Assembly: GCF_000195955.2 (NCBI RefSeq)
Contig: NC_000962.3
Span: forward strand, 4,290,001 to 4,322,000
Direction: 5' to 3'
DNA length: 32,000 bases
Origin: Mycobacterium tuberculosis H37Rv
GTDB lineage: Bacteria; Actinomycetota; Actinomycetes; Mycobacteriales; Mycobacteriaceae
Part shown: positions 21,708 through 29,280 of the stretch, one piece after another
Layout: each line of letters begins with the position of its first letter
How positions within the stretch are numbered: the first letter of the stretch is position 1
Made by a program: the position numbers and the translations under genes
The notes under the pieces: generated by a model
What the model was told of the DNA's origin: nothing
Seen by the model: only the letters and a program-made list of their open reading frames with translations
The model's database searches: none

Positions 21708-22669
21708 GCTTGCGCCCCCTGGTCGTCCGGGCGAACCAGGGTCTGCTCGGGTTTGCCCGCGCGGAGCCGCGCTAACCAGCGTGATGCTTCGTCTACCAGG
21801 GGCGGCTGCGCCCCTGCCGCTGGCCCCGTCGGCCAGGACCCCAGGTATCGCACATCAGCACAACGTCGGTGCACCGCCTTGAGTGCCTCGGCGACGGCCT
21901 CGTCGTCGATGTGGCCGACGCAATCCACGAAGAACAGATAGGTGCCAAGTTCGGTACGGGTGGGCCGGGATTCAATCCGAGTGAGATCGATGCCGCGGAT
22001 GCCGAACTCGGCCAGCGCAGCTACCAGCGCACCGGGCTGGTTGTCGATGCGCAGCACTGCAGACGTGCGATCGGCTCCGGTGCGCGCCGGAGGCGGCCCG
22101 GGCCGACCAACCAGGACGAAGCGGGTGCGGGCATTGGATTCGTCAACGACACCGTCGGCCAGGGCCGCCAATCCCCAACGAGCGGCCGCCAGCGGCGAGG
22201 TCACCGCGGCGTCAACCAAGCCGTCAGCCACCTGCCGGGCCGCGTCCGCGTTGGAATAAGCCGGCCGCAGGTCGGCGGCGGGAAGATGGGCCGCCAACCA
22301 CTGCCGCACCTGTGCAGCCGCCACCGGAAAGGCCGCCAGGGTCCGCACGTCCGCGGCGTTGCGCCCGGGTTTGACCACGATGCTGAACGTCACGTCCAGC
22401 GTTGTCTCGGCGAACACCTGCAGGCGCACACCGATGGCCAGGCTATCCAAAGTAGGCAGCACGGAACCGTCGATCGAGTTCTCGATCGGCACGCACGCAT
22501 AATCCGCACCGCCGTCGCGGACCGCAGCCAGTGCTGCGGGCGCGCTCTCGACCGGCATCCGCTGCAGTGCATCGGGCCCGGTCTCGGGAACTAGGCCGGC
22601 GGCCACCATCCGGACCAGGGCTGCCTCGGTGAATGTCCCTTCCGGACCGAGGTAAGCGATACGCACCAC
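21704..22669 (-). CDS. pheA: Prephenate dehydratase (PDT plus ACT domains)
   Basis: 'VRIAYLGPEGTFTEAA', 'TRF', 'LTRIESRPTR'. The ORF is open to 22726 (340 aa), but that extension runs almost up to the iron box at 22730-22748. The start near 22669 (321 aa, VVRIAYLG...) is preferred. Confidence 0.9.
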   Translation of the reverse strand: MVRIAYLGPEGTFTEAALVRMVAAGLVPETGPDALQRMPVESAPAALAAVRDGGADYACVPIENSIDGSVLPTLDSLAIGVRLQVFAETTLDVTFSIVVKPGRNAADVRTLAAFPVAAAQVRQWLAAHLPAADLRPAYSNADAARQVADGLVDAAVTSPLAAARWGLAALADGVVDESNARTRFVLVGRPGPPPARTGADRTSAVLRIDNQPGALVAALAEFGIRGIDLTRIESRPTRTELGTYLFFVDCVGHIDDEAVAEALKAVHRRCADVRYLGSWPTGPAAGAQPPLVDEASRWLARLRAGKPEQTLVRPDDQGAQA

Positions 22670-22729
22670 GCTCACAACCCTAACGACGCAAAGCCGACCG
22701 CCAACTCTTGCGACCAGACCGTGCATTAG

Positions 22730-22748
22730 TTAACTTAGGCTTACCTAA
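22730..22748. promoter_or_regulatory. IdeR iron box TTAACTTAGGCTTACCTAA
   Basis: 16/19 match to the mycobacterial IdeR consensus TTAGGTTAGGCTAACCTAA. Lies 17 nt upstream of the Rv3839-like ATG (22765), in the pheA-divergent spacer. Confidence 0.7.
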
Positions 22749-22764
22749 ACACAGGAGGTCGTGG

Positions 22765-23541
22765 ATGCCGCCGCTCACCAGTCTCGCGCCGACTACTGCC
22801 GAGCGAATTCGCAGCGCCTGCGCGCGGGCCGGGGGCGCCTTGCTGGTGGTTGAGCGGGAGGATCCGGTCCCCGTGCCCATACACCATTTGTTGTACGACG
22901 GGTCCTTCGCCGTGGCGGTTCCGGTCGATCGTGGCGAGGTGTCCGGTTCGCAAGCGCTGCTGGAGTTGACTGACTATGCGCCGCTGCCGGTGCGTGAACC
23001 CGTCCGTTCGCTGGTGTGGATCCGCGGCTGCCTCCACCAGATCCCGCCCGCAGAGCTGGTTGAGACCCTGGACCTGATCGCCACCGATAATCCGAATCCG
23101 GCCCTGCTACAAGTCGAGACCCCGAGGCCCGGGCCGGCCGATGCGGCGGAGACCCGGTATACCATGCAGCGGCTGGAGATCGAATCCGTAGTGGTGACCG
23201 ACGCCACCGGCGCCGAACCCGTTACCGTGGCGGACCTGCTCGCGGCCCGACCCGATCCGTTTTGTGAAATCGAATCAACCTTGCTCTGGCACCTAGCCAC
23301 CGCCCATGACGATGTGGTCGCGCGGCTGGTATCCAGGCTGCCGGCACCGCTACGACGCGGACAGATCCGCCCCCTCGGTCTCGATCGGTACGGCGTCCGG
23401 TTTCGCATTGAAGCTCGCGACGGAGACCGCGACATCCGACTGCCGTTCCATAAGCCGGTGGACGACATGACCGGGCTAAGCCAGGCCATCCGGGTGCTCA
23501 TGGGTTGCCCGTTCCGCAACGGGCTGCGCGCCCGCAGGTAG
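22765..23541 (+). CDS. Conserved hypothetical protein (Rv3839-like), likely iron/IdeR-regulated
   Basis: 258 aa from ATG 22765, preceded by AGGAGG at 22753-22758. The ORF-track entry starts earlier, at TTG 22708. Confidence 0.8.
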   Translation: MPPLTSLAPTTAERIRSACARAGGALLVVEREDPVPVPIHHLLYDGSFAVAVPVDRGEVSGSQALLELTDYAPLPVREPVRSLVWIRGCLHQIPPAELVETLDLIATDNPNPALLQVETPRPGPADAAETRYTMQRLEIESVVVTDATGAEPVTVADLLAARPDPFCEIESTLLWHLATAHDDVVARLVSRLPAPLRRGQIRPLGLDRYGVRFRIEARDGDRDIRLPFHKPVDDMTGLSQAIRVLMGCPFRNGLRARR

Positions 23542-23566
23542 CAGGCACAGCCGCCGCTCGGCCGCG

Positions 23567-23980
23567 TTGGCCGGCTGCATCCAAAGGTTCAGCCACGTAC
23601 GTTGTCTAGGTCCGGGGTTGGCATCCGACAACCCGACGACACTGATATCGATCCCGCGTGACTCTTATGTACCGATCCCTGGCCACGGCCGGGACAAAAT
23701 CAACGCCGCGTTCGCGCTGGGCGGGGGGCGGCTGCTGACCCAAACGGTCGAGTTGGCTACTGGCCTGCACCTGGATCACTATGCCGAGGTCGGATTCAGC
23801 GAGTTCGCCGACCTCGTCGACGCCTTCGATCCGTTGGCCGGCGTCGATCTACCGGCAGGCTGCCAAACACTTGACGGACGTGCAGCGCTGGGCTACGTCC
23901 GGACTCGGGCCACACCACGGGCCGATCTAGAGGGCTCCGACGTGCCGGTGCCAGCCGCCGCGTTCGAAACACAGCCCTAA
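23567..23980 (+). CDS. Truncated LytR-CpsA-Psr (LCP) domain fragment (Rv3840-like), probably a gene remnant
   Basis: 137-aa ORF containing only the LCP core 'ISIPRDSYVPIPGHGRDKINAAFALGGGRLLTQTVELATGLHLDHYAEVGFSEFADLVDAF...LDGRAALGYVRTR'. It has no N-terminal TM anchor or early domain, and an abnormal C-terminus. Confidence 0.7.
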   Translation: MAGCIQRFSHVRCLGPGLASDNPTTLISIPRDSYVPIPGHGRDKINAAFALGGGRLLTQTVELATGLHLDHYAEVGFSEFADLVDAFDPLAGVDLPAGCQTLDGRAALGYVRTRATPRADLEGSDVPVPAAAFETQP

Positions 23981-24009
23981 CGACACGCTGCCGAATATGA
24001 CCCGTGTCG
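23981..24009 (+). terminator. Hairpin CGACACG-N15-CGTGTCG immediately after the LCP-fragment stop
   Basis: 7-bp perfect stem read directly. No U-tract, as is common in mycobacteria. Confidence 0.3.
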
Positions 24010-24053
24010 GAAATTAGGGCGACAAGAGTAATGCGGCTCAACATAGCCTTGCT

Positions 24054-24124
24054 TTACTTAGGCAAACCTGCCTTCAACCAGGAGGTTATTATCATCCTGT
24101 GGTAACTAGGAAAGCCTTTCCTGA
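24054..24124. promoter_or_regulatory. IdeR iron-box region upstream of bfrB
   Basis: TTACTTAGGCAAACCTGCC (24054-24072) matches the consensus 14/19. CTAGGAAAGCCTTTCCTGA (24106-24124) matches 12/19 strictly, with a perfect AGGAAAG-C-CTTTCCT palindrome. The surrounding spacer is about 43-47% GC by my count. Tandem IdeR sites activating bfrB are established knowledge. Confidence 0.6.
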
Positions 24125-24177
24125 GTAAGTATTGCCTTCGTTGCATACCGCCCTTTACCTGCGTTAATCTGCATTTT

Positions 24178-24723
24178 ATGACAGAATACGAAGGGCCTAA
24201 GACAAAATTCCACGCGTTAATGCAGGAACAGATTCATAACGAATTCACAGCGGCACAACAATATGTCGCGATCGCGGTTTATTTCGACAGCGAAGACCTG
24301 CCGCAGTTGGCGAAGCATTTTTACAGCCAAGCGGTCGAGGAACGAAACCATGCAATGATGCTCGTGCAACACCTGCTCGACCGCGACCTTCGTGTCGAAA
24401 TTCCCGGCGTAGACACGGTGCGAAACCAGTTCGACAGACCCCGCGAGGCACTGGCGCTGGCGCTCGATCAGGAACGCACAGTCACCGACCAGGTCGGTCG
24501 GCTGACAGCGGTGGCCCGCGACGAGGGCGATTTCCTCGGCGAGCAGTTCATGCAGTGGTTCTTGCAGGAACAGATCGAAGAGGTGGCCTTGATGGCAACC
24601 CTGGTGCGGGTTGCCGATCGGGCCGGGGCCAACCTGTTCGAGCTAGAGAACTTCGTCGCACGTGAAGTGGATGTGGCGCCGGCCGCATCAGGCGCCCCGC
24701 ACGCTGCCGGGGGCCGCCTCTAG
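24178..24723 (+). CDS. bfrB: Ferritin (bacterioferritin B)
   Basis: 181-aa ORF. Ferritin di-iron ligands in 'QEQIHNEFTAAQQYVAIAVYF' and 'AVEERNHAMMLVQHL'. Confidence 0.96.
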   Translation: MTEYEGPKTKFHALMQEQIHNEFTAAQQYVAIAVYFDSEDLPQLAKHFYSQAVEERNHAMMLVQHLLDRDLRVEIPGVDTVRNQFDRPREALALALDQERTVTDQVGRLTAVARDEGDFLGEQFMQWFLQEQIEEVALMATLVRVADRAGANLFELENFVAREVDVAPAASGAPHAAGGRL

Positions 24724-24739
24724 ATCCCTGGCGGGGATC
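24723..24739. terminator. Short hairpin GATCCC-N5-GGGATC spanning both convergent stop codons (bfrB / glpQ1)
   Basis: 6-bp stem read directly. Possible bidirectional terminator, but a weak one. Confidence 0.25.
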
Positions 24740-25568
24740 AGCGAGTGGTCCCGTTCGCCCGCCCGTCTTCCAGCCAGGCCTTGGTGCGGCCGGGGTGGTG
24801 AGTACCAATCCAGGCCACCCCGACCTCCCGGCAAAAGTCGATGTCCTCGTACTCATCGACGTTCCAGCAGTACACCGCCCGGCCCTGAGCTGCCGAGCGG
24901 TCAACGAGTTGCGGATATTCCTTTAACGCAGGCAGTGAGGGTCCCACGGCGGTTGCCCCGACCGCCGTGGCCGCACTGCTGGTCAGGTATCGGGGGGTCT
25001 TGCCGAGCAACACCGTCGGCAGCAGCGGTGCAGCCCGCCGGATCCGCCAGACCGCGGCGGCCGAAAACGACATCACCACCGCACGGGATCGATCTGCGGA
25101 GGCGGGTGCGGCAATACCGAACCGGTGTAGCAGCGCCAGCAGCTTGTTTTCCACCAGCGAGCCGTATCGGACGGGATGCTTGGTCTCGACGAAGATCTTC
25201 ACCGGCCGGTGCCAGTCCAAAACCAGCGAAACAAGCGCGTCCAGGGTCAGCAGACTGGTGTCGCCGTGCGAACCGTCGGGGCGCCAGCTGTCGTGCCACG
25301 CGCCGTACTCCAGCTCGCGTAGCTGGGCCAGCGTCATCGTGCTGACCAAGCCGGCTCCCGTCGAGGTTCGGTCCAGGCGGCGGTCATGCACACAGACCAG
25401 ATGCCCGTCCCGGGTCAACCGCACATCACATTCCACGCCGTCGGCGCCCTCTTTGAGCGCCAGGTCGTAGGCGGCAAGGGTATGCTCCGGCCGAGCCGCC
25501 GACGCACCACGGTGAGCAACCACAAAGGGATGTCCGGCGAGCACCTCGTCGGCCCATGTCATGTCCAC
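24738..25568 (-). CDS. glpQ1: Glycerophosphodiester phosphodiesterase
   Basis: 276-aa ORF (ATG at 25562 gives 274 aa). GDPD motif 'VVAHRGASAARPEHTLAAY...ECDVRLTRDGHLVCVHD'. Confidence 0.93.
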   Translation of the reverse strand: MDMTWADEVLAGHPFVVAHRGASAARPEHTLAAYDLALKEGADGVECDVRLTRDGHLVCVHDRRLDRTSTGAGLVSTMTLAQLRELEYGAWHDSWRPDGSHGDTSLLTLDALVSLVLDWHRPVKIFVETKHPVRYGSLVENKLLALLHRFGIAAPASADRSRAVVMSFSAAAVWRIRRAAPLLPTVLLGKTPRYLTSSAATAVGATAVGPSLPALKEYPQLVDRSAAQGRAVYCWNVDEYEDIDFCREVGVAWIGTHHPGRTKAWLEDGRANGTTR

Positions 25569-26596
25569 TATGCTGCCGGTTCCTGCCCGTCCAACTCAAC
25601 CGCAACAGAAGATGCCGGCGCGGAACGCCCGTCTGTGTTCACCACCACCCAGCGATGCGCTGGGCGTTCGACCGGCTTTTGCTCGAACCCCTCGAAGACC
25701 CGCGCAGCAGCGGCCACCGCGGCCGCCGCACACAGATACGCCAGCACCATCATGGTGGTGTTGTTGGCGATGCCCTGAGCGTCGGTGACCCAGCTGGTGG
25801 CGAACGCGAACATCGATATCGCGTTGCTGACGATCCACACGATCCACCACACCACGATCGGCCTGCGCAGCCGCGTGTAGCGGTCCTCGACCAGCGCCAA
25901 CTCGATGACGTACAGCGGAGCCCACAGCAGATTGACCATCGGCAATAGGCAGCCGGCCCATAACTCACGGGCGGAACGCCGCTCCGGCAAGCCTTGATGC
26001 ATAAACGCGGCGGCCCGACGGGCGACCAGCCACCGGACCAACAGGACAATGGTAGTGCCGGCCGCCGCAATCGCCGCCAAGCTGACCAAAACCCCCAGCC
26101 AGACCGAGGCGCTGGCCACCACCGAGTTCAACAATGTGTTTCGGTTGATGACCAGCAACACATACCGCACCACAAACACCACGACCGCGATGCTGAACAC
26201 CAGCAGGCTCACCAACAGCGTGGTGCGCACCGCCGCCGGCGATGGCCCTGCTTTCGCCGAGGCCGGCACGGGAGCCTGGTCGACATGGTCGGTTAGCCCC
26301 CACCGCGGTATCCCGGCGTAGCGGGGAGTAGGCCCACGTAACCGTGGGCCGTGCCGTGGCGGCGGTGCCGCCCCGGGTCGCACCGCTATCCACCGAAAAC
26401 CTGGGGGAAGCCGCGGCGGTGTGCGCCGCGTGTCGGAGGCCGTCGGCACCTGCGGGCGCGCCGGTGTACGCCAGCGCGCCTCGGCCGGCATATCCGCCAA
26501 CGGCGCCAGCAACATCCCCCGACAGCGTGGACACCACACGCGTTGCCGCTCACGGACGTTCCAGCCAGTTCCGCACTGGGAGCACACTTGGATCAC
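25568..26596 (-). CDS. Membrane protein with N-terminal zinc ribbon, Pro/Arg-rich linker and multi-TM C-terminal domain (Rv3843c-like)
   Basis: 342-aa ORF. 'CSQCG...CPRCRG' zinc ribbon and at least 4 hydrophobic helices. The stop abuts the glpQ1 start, so the two are likely an operon. Confidence 0.85.
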   Translation of the reverse strand: MIQVCSQCGTGWNVRERQRVWCPRCRGMLLAPLADMPAEARWRTPARPQVPTASDTRRTPPRLPPGFRWIAVRPGAAPPPRHGPRLRGPTPRYAGIPRWGLTDHVDQAPVPASAKAGPSPAAVRTTLLVSLLVFSIAVVVFVVRYVLLVINRNTLLNSVVASASVWLGVLVSLAAIAAAGTTIVLLVRWLVARRAAAFMHQGLPERRSARELWAGCLLPMVNLLWAPLYVIELALVEDRYTRLRRPIVVWWIVWIVSNAISMFAFATSWVTDAQGIANNTTMMVLAYLCAAAAVAAAARVFEGFEQKPVERPAHRWVVVNTDGRSAPASSVAVELDGQEPAA

Positions 26597-26732
26597 CAGA
26601 CCAGCCTAGTGACTTCTCCGCCCCGCACCGGTACGGCATTGTCCGCGCCGTCAACAGGCGTTGAGGCAGGCTTCCGCGCTGGATTGGGCGCGCCCGGTCG
26701 CGGCACGTCCAGCACGACACAGCTACCTACGA

Positions 26733-26831
26733 CTATCCACAGTTTCCACAGCTTTATCCACAGCGGTAAGAATCCGACGAATGGCGTTAACACCGGCTCC
26801 ATCCGTCAGCCAGGCCCACAACTGTGGATAA
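26733..26831. promoter_or_regulatory. Cluster of DnaA-box-like 9-mers (three tandem, then two facing each other)
   Basis: CTATCCACA 26733-41, GTTTCCACA 26742-50, TTATCCACA 26754-62, AGGCCCACA 26812-20, TGTGGATAA 26823-31 (TTATCCACA on the minus strand). A further GCATCCACA lies at 26900-08. Confidence 0.45.
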
Positions 26832-27134
26832 CAGCGCCCGTCAATGCGTTCTCATCGACAGCCTGGCAGGTACCCGAGCGAAATGGATTGTCGCACTAAG
26901 CATCCACATCTGCCCCGGCTGCACCTAGCAGCCTGCCCGCCCGGGCCCGGCCTGCTCCTGCGATCGTCAAACCACACATTTCGCGGCGCTGCCGGCGCAG
27001 TATCCGGACGTCTTGTGGCGCTGCGAGGTACCAATTTTTCCCCACCATTCACCAGGAGTTATTATCGCGTGCACGACACTTCGTTGTGACTTACCTCACC
27101 GTCGTGAGGTGAGCATGCAGGTGAAAGGCGACTG

Positions 27135-27284
27135 ATGGCCACACACTCGTACGGCCCAGGGTCTACAACGCCGCCGAACTCTGGCTCGCCGGAGTGGAAC
27201 CACGCCTACGGCATTGCCGCTTTGCGGGCCGCCCTGATCGCTCTGGCGTTACTGGCGATTCTGGCCGTCATCGCTTTGGTTTGA
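27135..27284 (+). CDS. Candidate 49-aa tail-anchored small membrane protein (below the ORF-track length cut-off)
   Basis: Manual translation: MATHSYGPGSTTPPNSGSPEWNHAYGIAALRAALIALALLAILAVIALV*. GAAAGG lies 6 nt upstream of the ATG. 37 of 49 third positions are G/C. The C-terminal ~22 residues form one hydrophobic helix. Confidence 0.3.
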   Translation: MATHSYGPGSTTPPNSGSPEWNHAYGIAALRAALIALALLAILAVIALV

Positions 27285-27599
27285 GTCCCCGGCCACTCGG
27301 GTGGCACCGAGTCGGTCCGGACGCCCTGGTCAGAACCGGTTCTCGGATTTGGGTAACCCCCCTTGTGTCACTGCCGTTTCGGTGGTCACAGCACGGCAAT
27401 TGTTGTGGGTGGCCTTTCATAGAACTGCGACATGGATTACCGCGGTCGTGAGGAAATCGTCGAGGCTGGTTGCACCCCCACGGAGCCAGCCAGAAATTCT
27501 GTAGATCAGAGTTGGCTTGATTATGAATCATGCTCTAGCACAGGGCAACTCGTGAGTGTGTTGAACACTACCGTCCTGTTCTGCGTTCCGGCACTCGAA

Positions 27600-27897
27600 T
27601 AACCTCCCGTCCCACTCGAAATATTGCGCAGCCTAAGATAAATCAGCTTCATAGCCGAATCCTTGCCTGGCAAAAGGACCGCGGTTATTGATTAACTTGC
27701 GCAGCTCGATCGGATAGTCCAGGAATGGCACGAATTCCGGCTACGCATGCGCCCAGACAAAATTCCTTGAGCGCGAGCTCGGCGGCCTCCACGGTGACGG
27801 CGCCATGAATCCCGGCATCGACGAGACGCCCCGGGCTGTCTTGGATCGGCCGGCCCGAGGCGTCTTTGCGCCCGTCAAGGTCCACCCTGATAGCCAA
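27600..27897 (-). pseudogene. Relic of an IS256-family (mutator-type) transposase with internal deletions
   Basis: Minus-strand frames read 'LAIRVDLDGRKDASG' (compare Y.A.GV..dG.r.vLG), 'AVTVEAAELALKEF' and 'FVPFLDYPIELRKLI..NRGPF', separated by gaps and stops. Local GC is about 42-47%. Confidence 0.35.
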
Positions 27898-27976
27898 ATG
27901 CGCCAGCTGGCGGCAACCACCCCGTTGTCTTCGATCCGCAGCCGTAAACCGTCGTTCGTCGGCGCCCGTCGCCCAA

Positions 27977-28024
27977 CGTGAACTGAGGGCGGAGAATCGG
28001 CCGGAATCTCGCCCTCAGTTCACG
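27977..28024. repeat. 15-bp perfect inverted repeat CGTGAACTGAGGGCG / CGCCCTCAGTTCACG separated by 18 nt
   Basis: Every pair 27977-27991 versus 28024-28010 was checked by hand, and one further G-T pair extends the stem to leave a 16-nt unpaired loop (27993-28008). That loop contains GAATC twice. The repeat lies between the IS256-like and ISL3-like relics. Confidence 0.8.
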
Positions 28025-28036
28025 CTCGGCGCCGTT

Positions 28037-28700
28037 TGGCCTCACCCAGTCAATGTGATCTGTGCGGGCGGGCGTTGGCGCGTAGCGAACCCCAGTGGCG
28101 CCGGCCCGCCAAGCACGCCCCGGCGCGGCCAGCTCATCAGCGGCTACGCAAGCGCAACGGCGCCCGCGATGGGCTGTGGAAGAACCCGGAGGATCTCACC
28201 GAACACCAGAATGCCAAGCTGTCGCGCTCATCTACTCAAAGAAGGCCTACGGCACCTGTTTTCGGTCAAAGGCGAAGAGAGTAAGCAGGCACTGGACCGG
28301 TTGATCTTCTAGGCGCGGCCCCGAGTGAGCATACTTTGGTGGCTTGTATCTCTTGTAGTGCCGCTTTGACGGGGTGGTGGTCAGGTACGGTGGCCTCGGG
28401 AGAGGCTGGAGGGCTCGACGTTTTCGGCTGAGTGTCTGGGCCCGTGAAAGAGATCGTCTGCTCCAGCTTTGTCTCCTGAACTGACCCGGTTTAGGGAATT
28501 GGTGGCCAGGTTGCGGAAGTGCGCAGCATCGACGTGTACCTGGGTGAGGCATCGAATCATCGACAAGCACCGGAGCCGCGCGTGAACTCCCGCCGCGTTG
28601 TGGTCGGGGATGATGTGGGAGACCGGCCGGCAGTGCTGTGTACGAAGGTTCTCCCACCGCAACGAGTTCACGCACGACGGTCGGCTGGGTGGGCCCTGGA
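28037..28700 (+). pseudogene. Relic of the C-terminal third of an ISL3-family transposase, frameshifted
   Basis: Spread over three frames: 'PHPVNVI', 'GARDGLWKNPEDLTEHQNAKLS', 'RAHLLKEGLRHLFSVKGEESKQALDRLI', then 'SPELTRFRELVARLRK'. These are family-typical motifs (FHVV; LxKNPEDLT; AYxLKExLR). The family call rests on recalled motifs only. Confidence 0.5.
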
Positions 28701-28774
28701 ATACGTGAACTCTTCATCAACACAACATGATTGACGATGAAGGGGAGAACCTCCATGCACAACAACGCTAACCC

Positions 28775-29266
28775 GTGACTGCCGAGAATCCAGGACGGAG
28801 CAGGCGGACGCTGGTCGGAATCGACGCGGCGATCACGGCCTGTCACCACATCGCGATCCGCGATGATGTCGGTGCGAGGTCGATTCGATTCAGTGTCGAA
28901 CCCACGCTGGCCGGACTGCGCACCCTCACCGACAAGCTCAGCGGTTACGACGATATCGACGCCACCGTGGAACCGACCTCGATGACGTGGCTGCCGCTCA
29001 CGATCGCTGTCGAGAATGCCGGTGACACCATGCACATGGCCGGCGCGCGGCATTGCGCCCGGCTGCGGGGTGCGATCGTGGGCAAGAGCAAGTCCGACGT
29101 CATCGACGCCGAGGTTCTCACCCGCGCCAGCGAGGTGTTCGACCTGACGCCGCTGACACTGCCGACGCCCGCGCAGTTGGCGTTACGTCGATCGGTGATC
29201 CGACGTGCCGGCGCAGTGATTGACGCGAACCGGTCCTGGCGTCGGTTGATGTCGTTGGCGCGGTAG
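28775..29266 (+). pseudogene. IS110-family transposase N-terminal fragment (Rv3844-like)
   Basis: 163 aa: 'LVGIDAAITACHHIAI...TVEPTSMTWLPL...GKSKSDVIDAEVL'. After the TAG at 29264 the same frame continues 'AFPDVWTAFAGSLPTATAVLGRWPDIRLLAGAP', so the stop is an interruption, not the native end. Confidence 0.8.
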
Positions 29267-29280
29267 GCGTTCCCCGATGT

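Noticed and set aside
21042-21941. 299-aa plus-strand ORF
   Set aside because: It is antisense to the histidine phosphatase gene and the pheA 3' end, both of which carry diagnostic motifs.
22670-22726. 19-codon 5' extension of the pheA ORF (340-aa version)
   Set aside because: The extension (MHGLVARVGGRLCVVRVVS) is not part of the PDT domain and runs almost up to the iron box at 22730-22748 in the divergent promoter region. The shorter start at VVRIAYLG is preferred.
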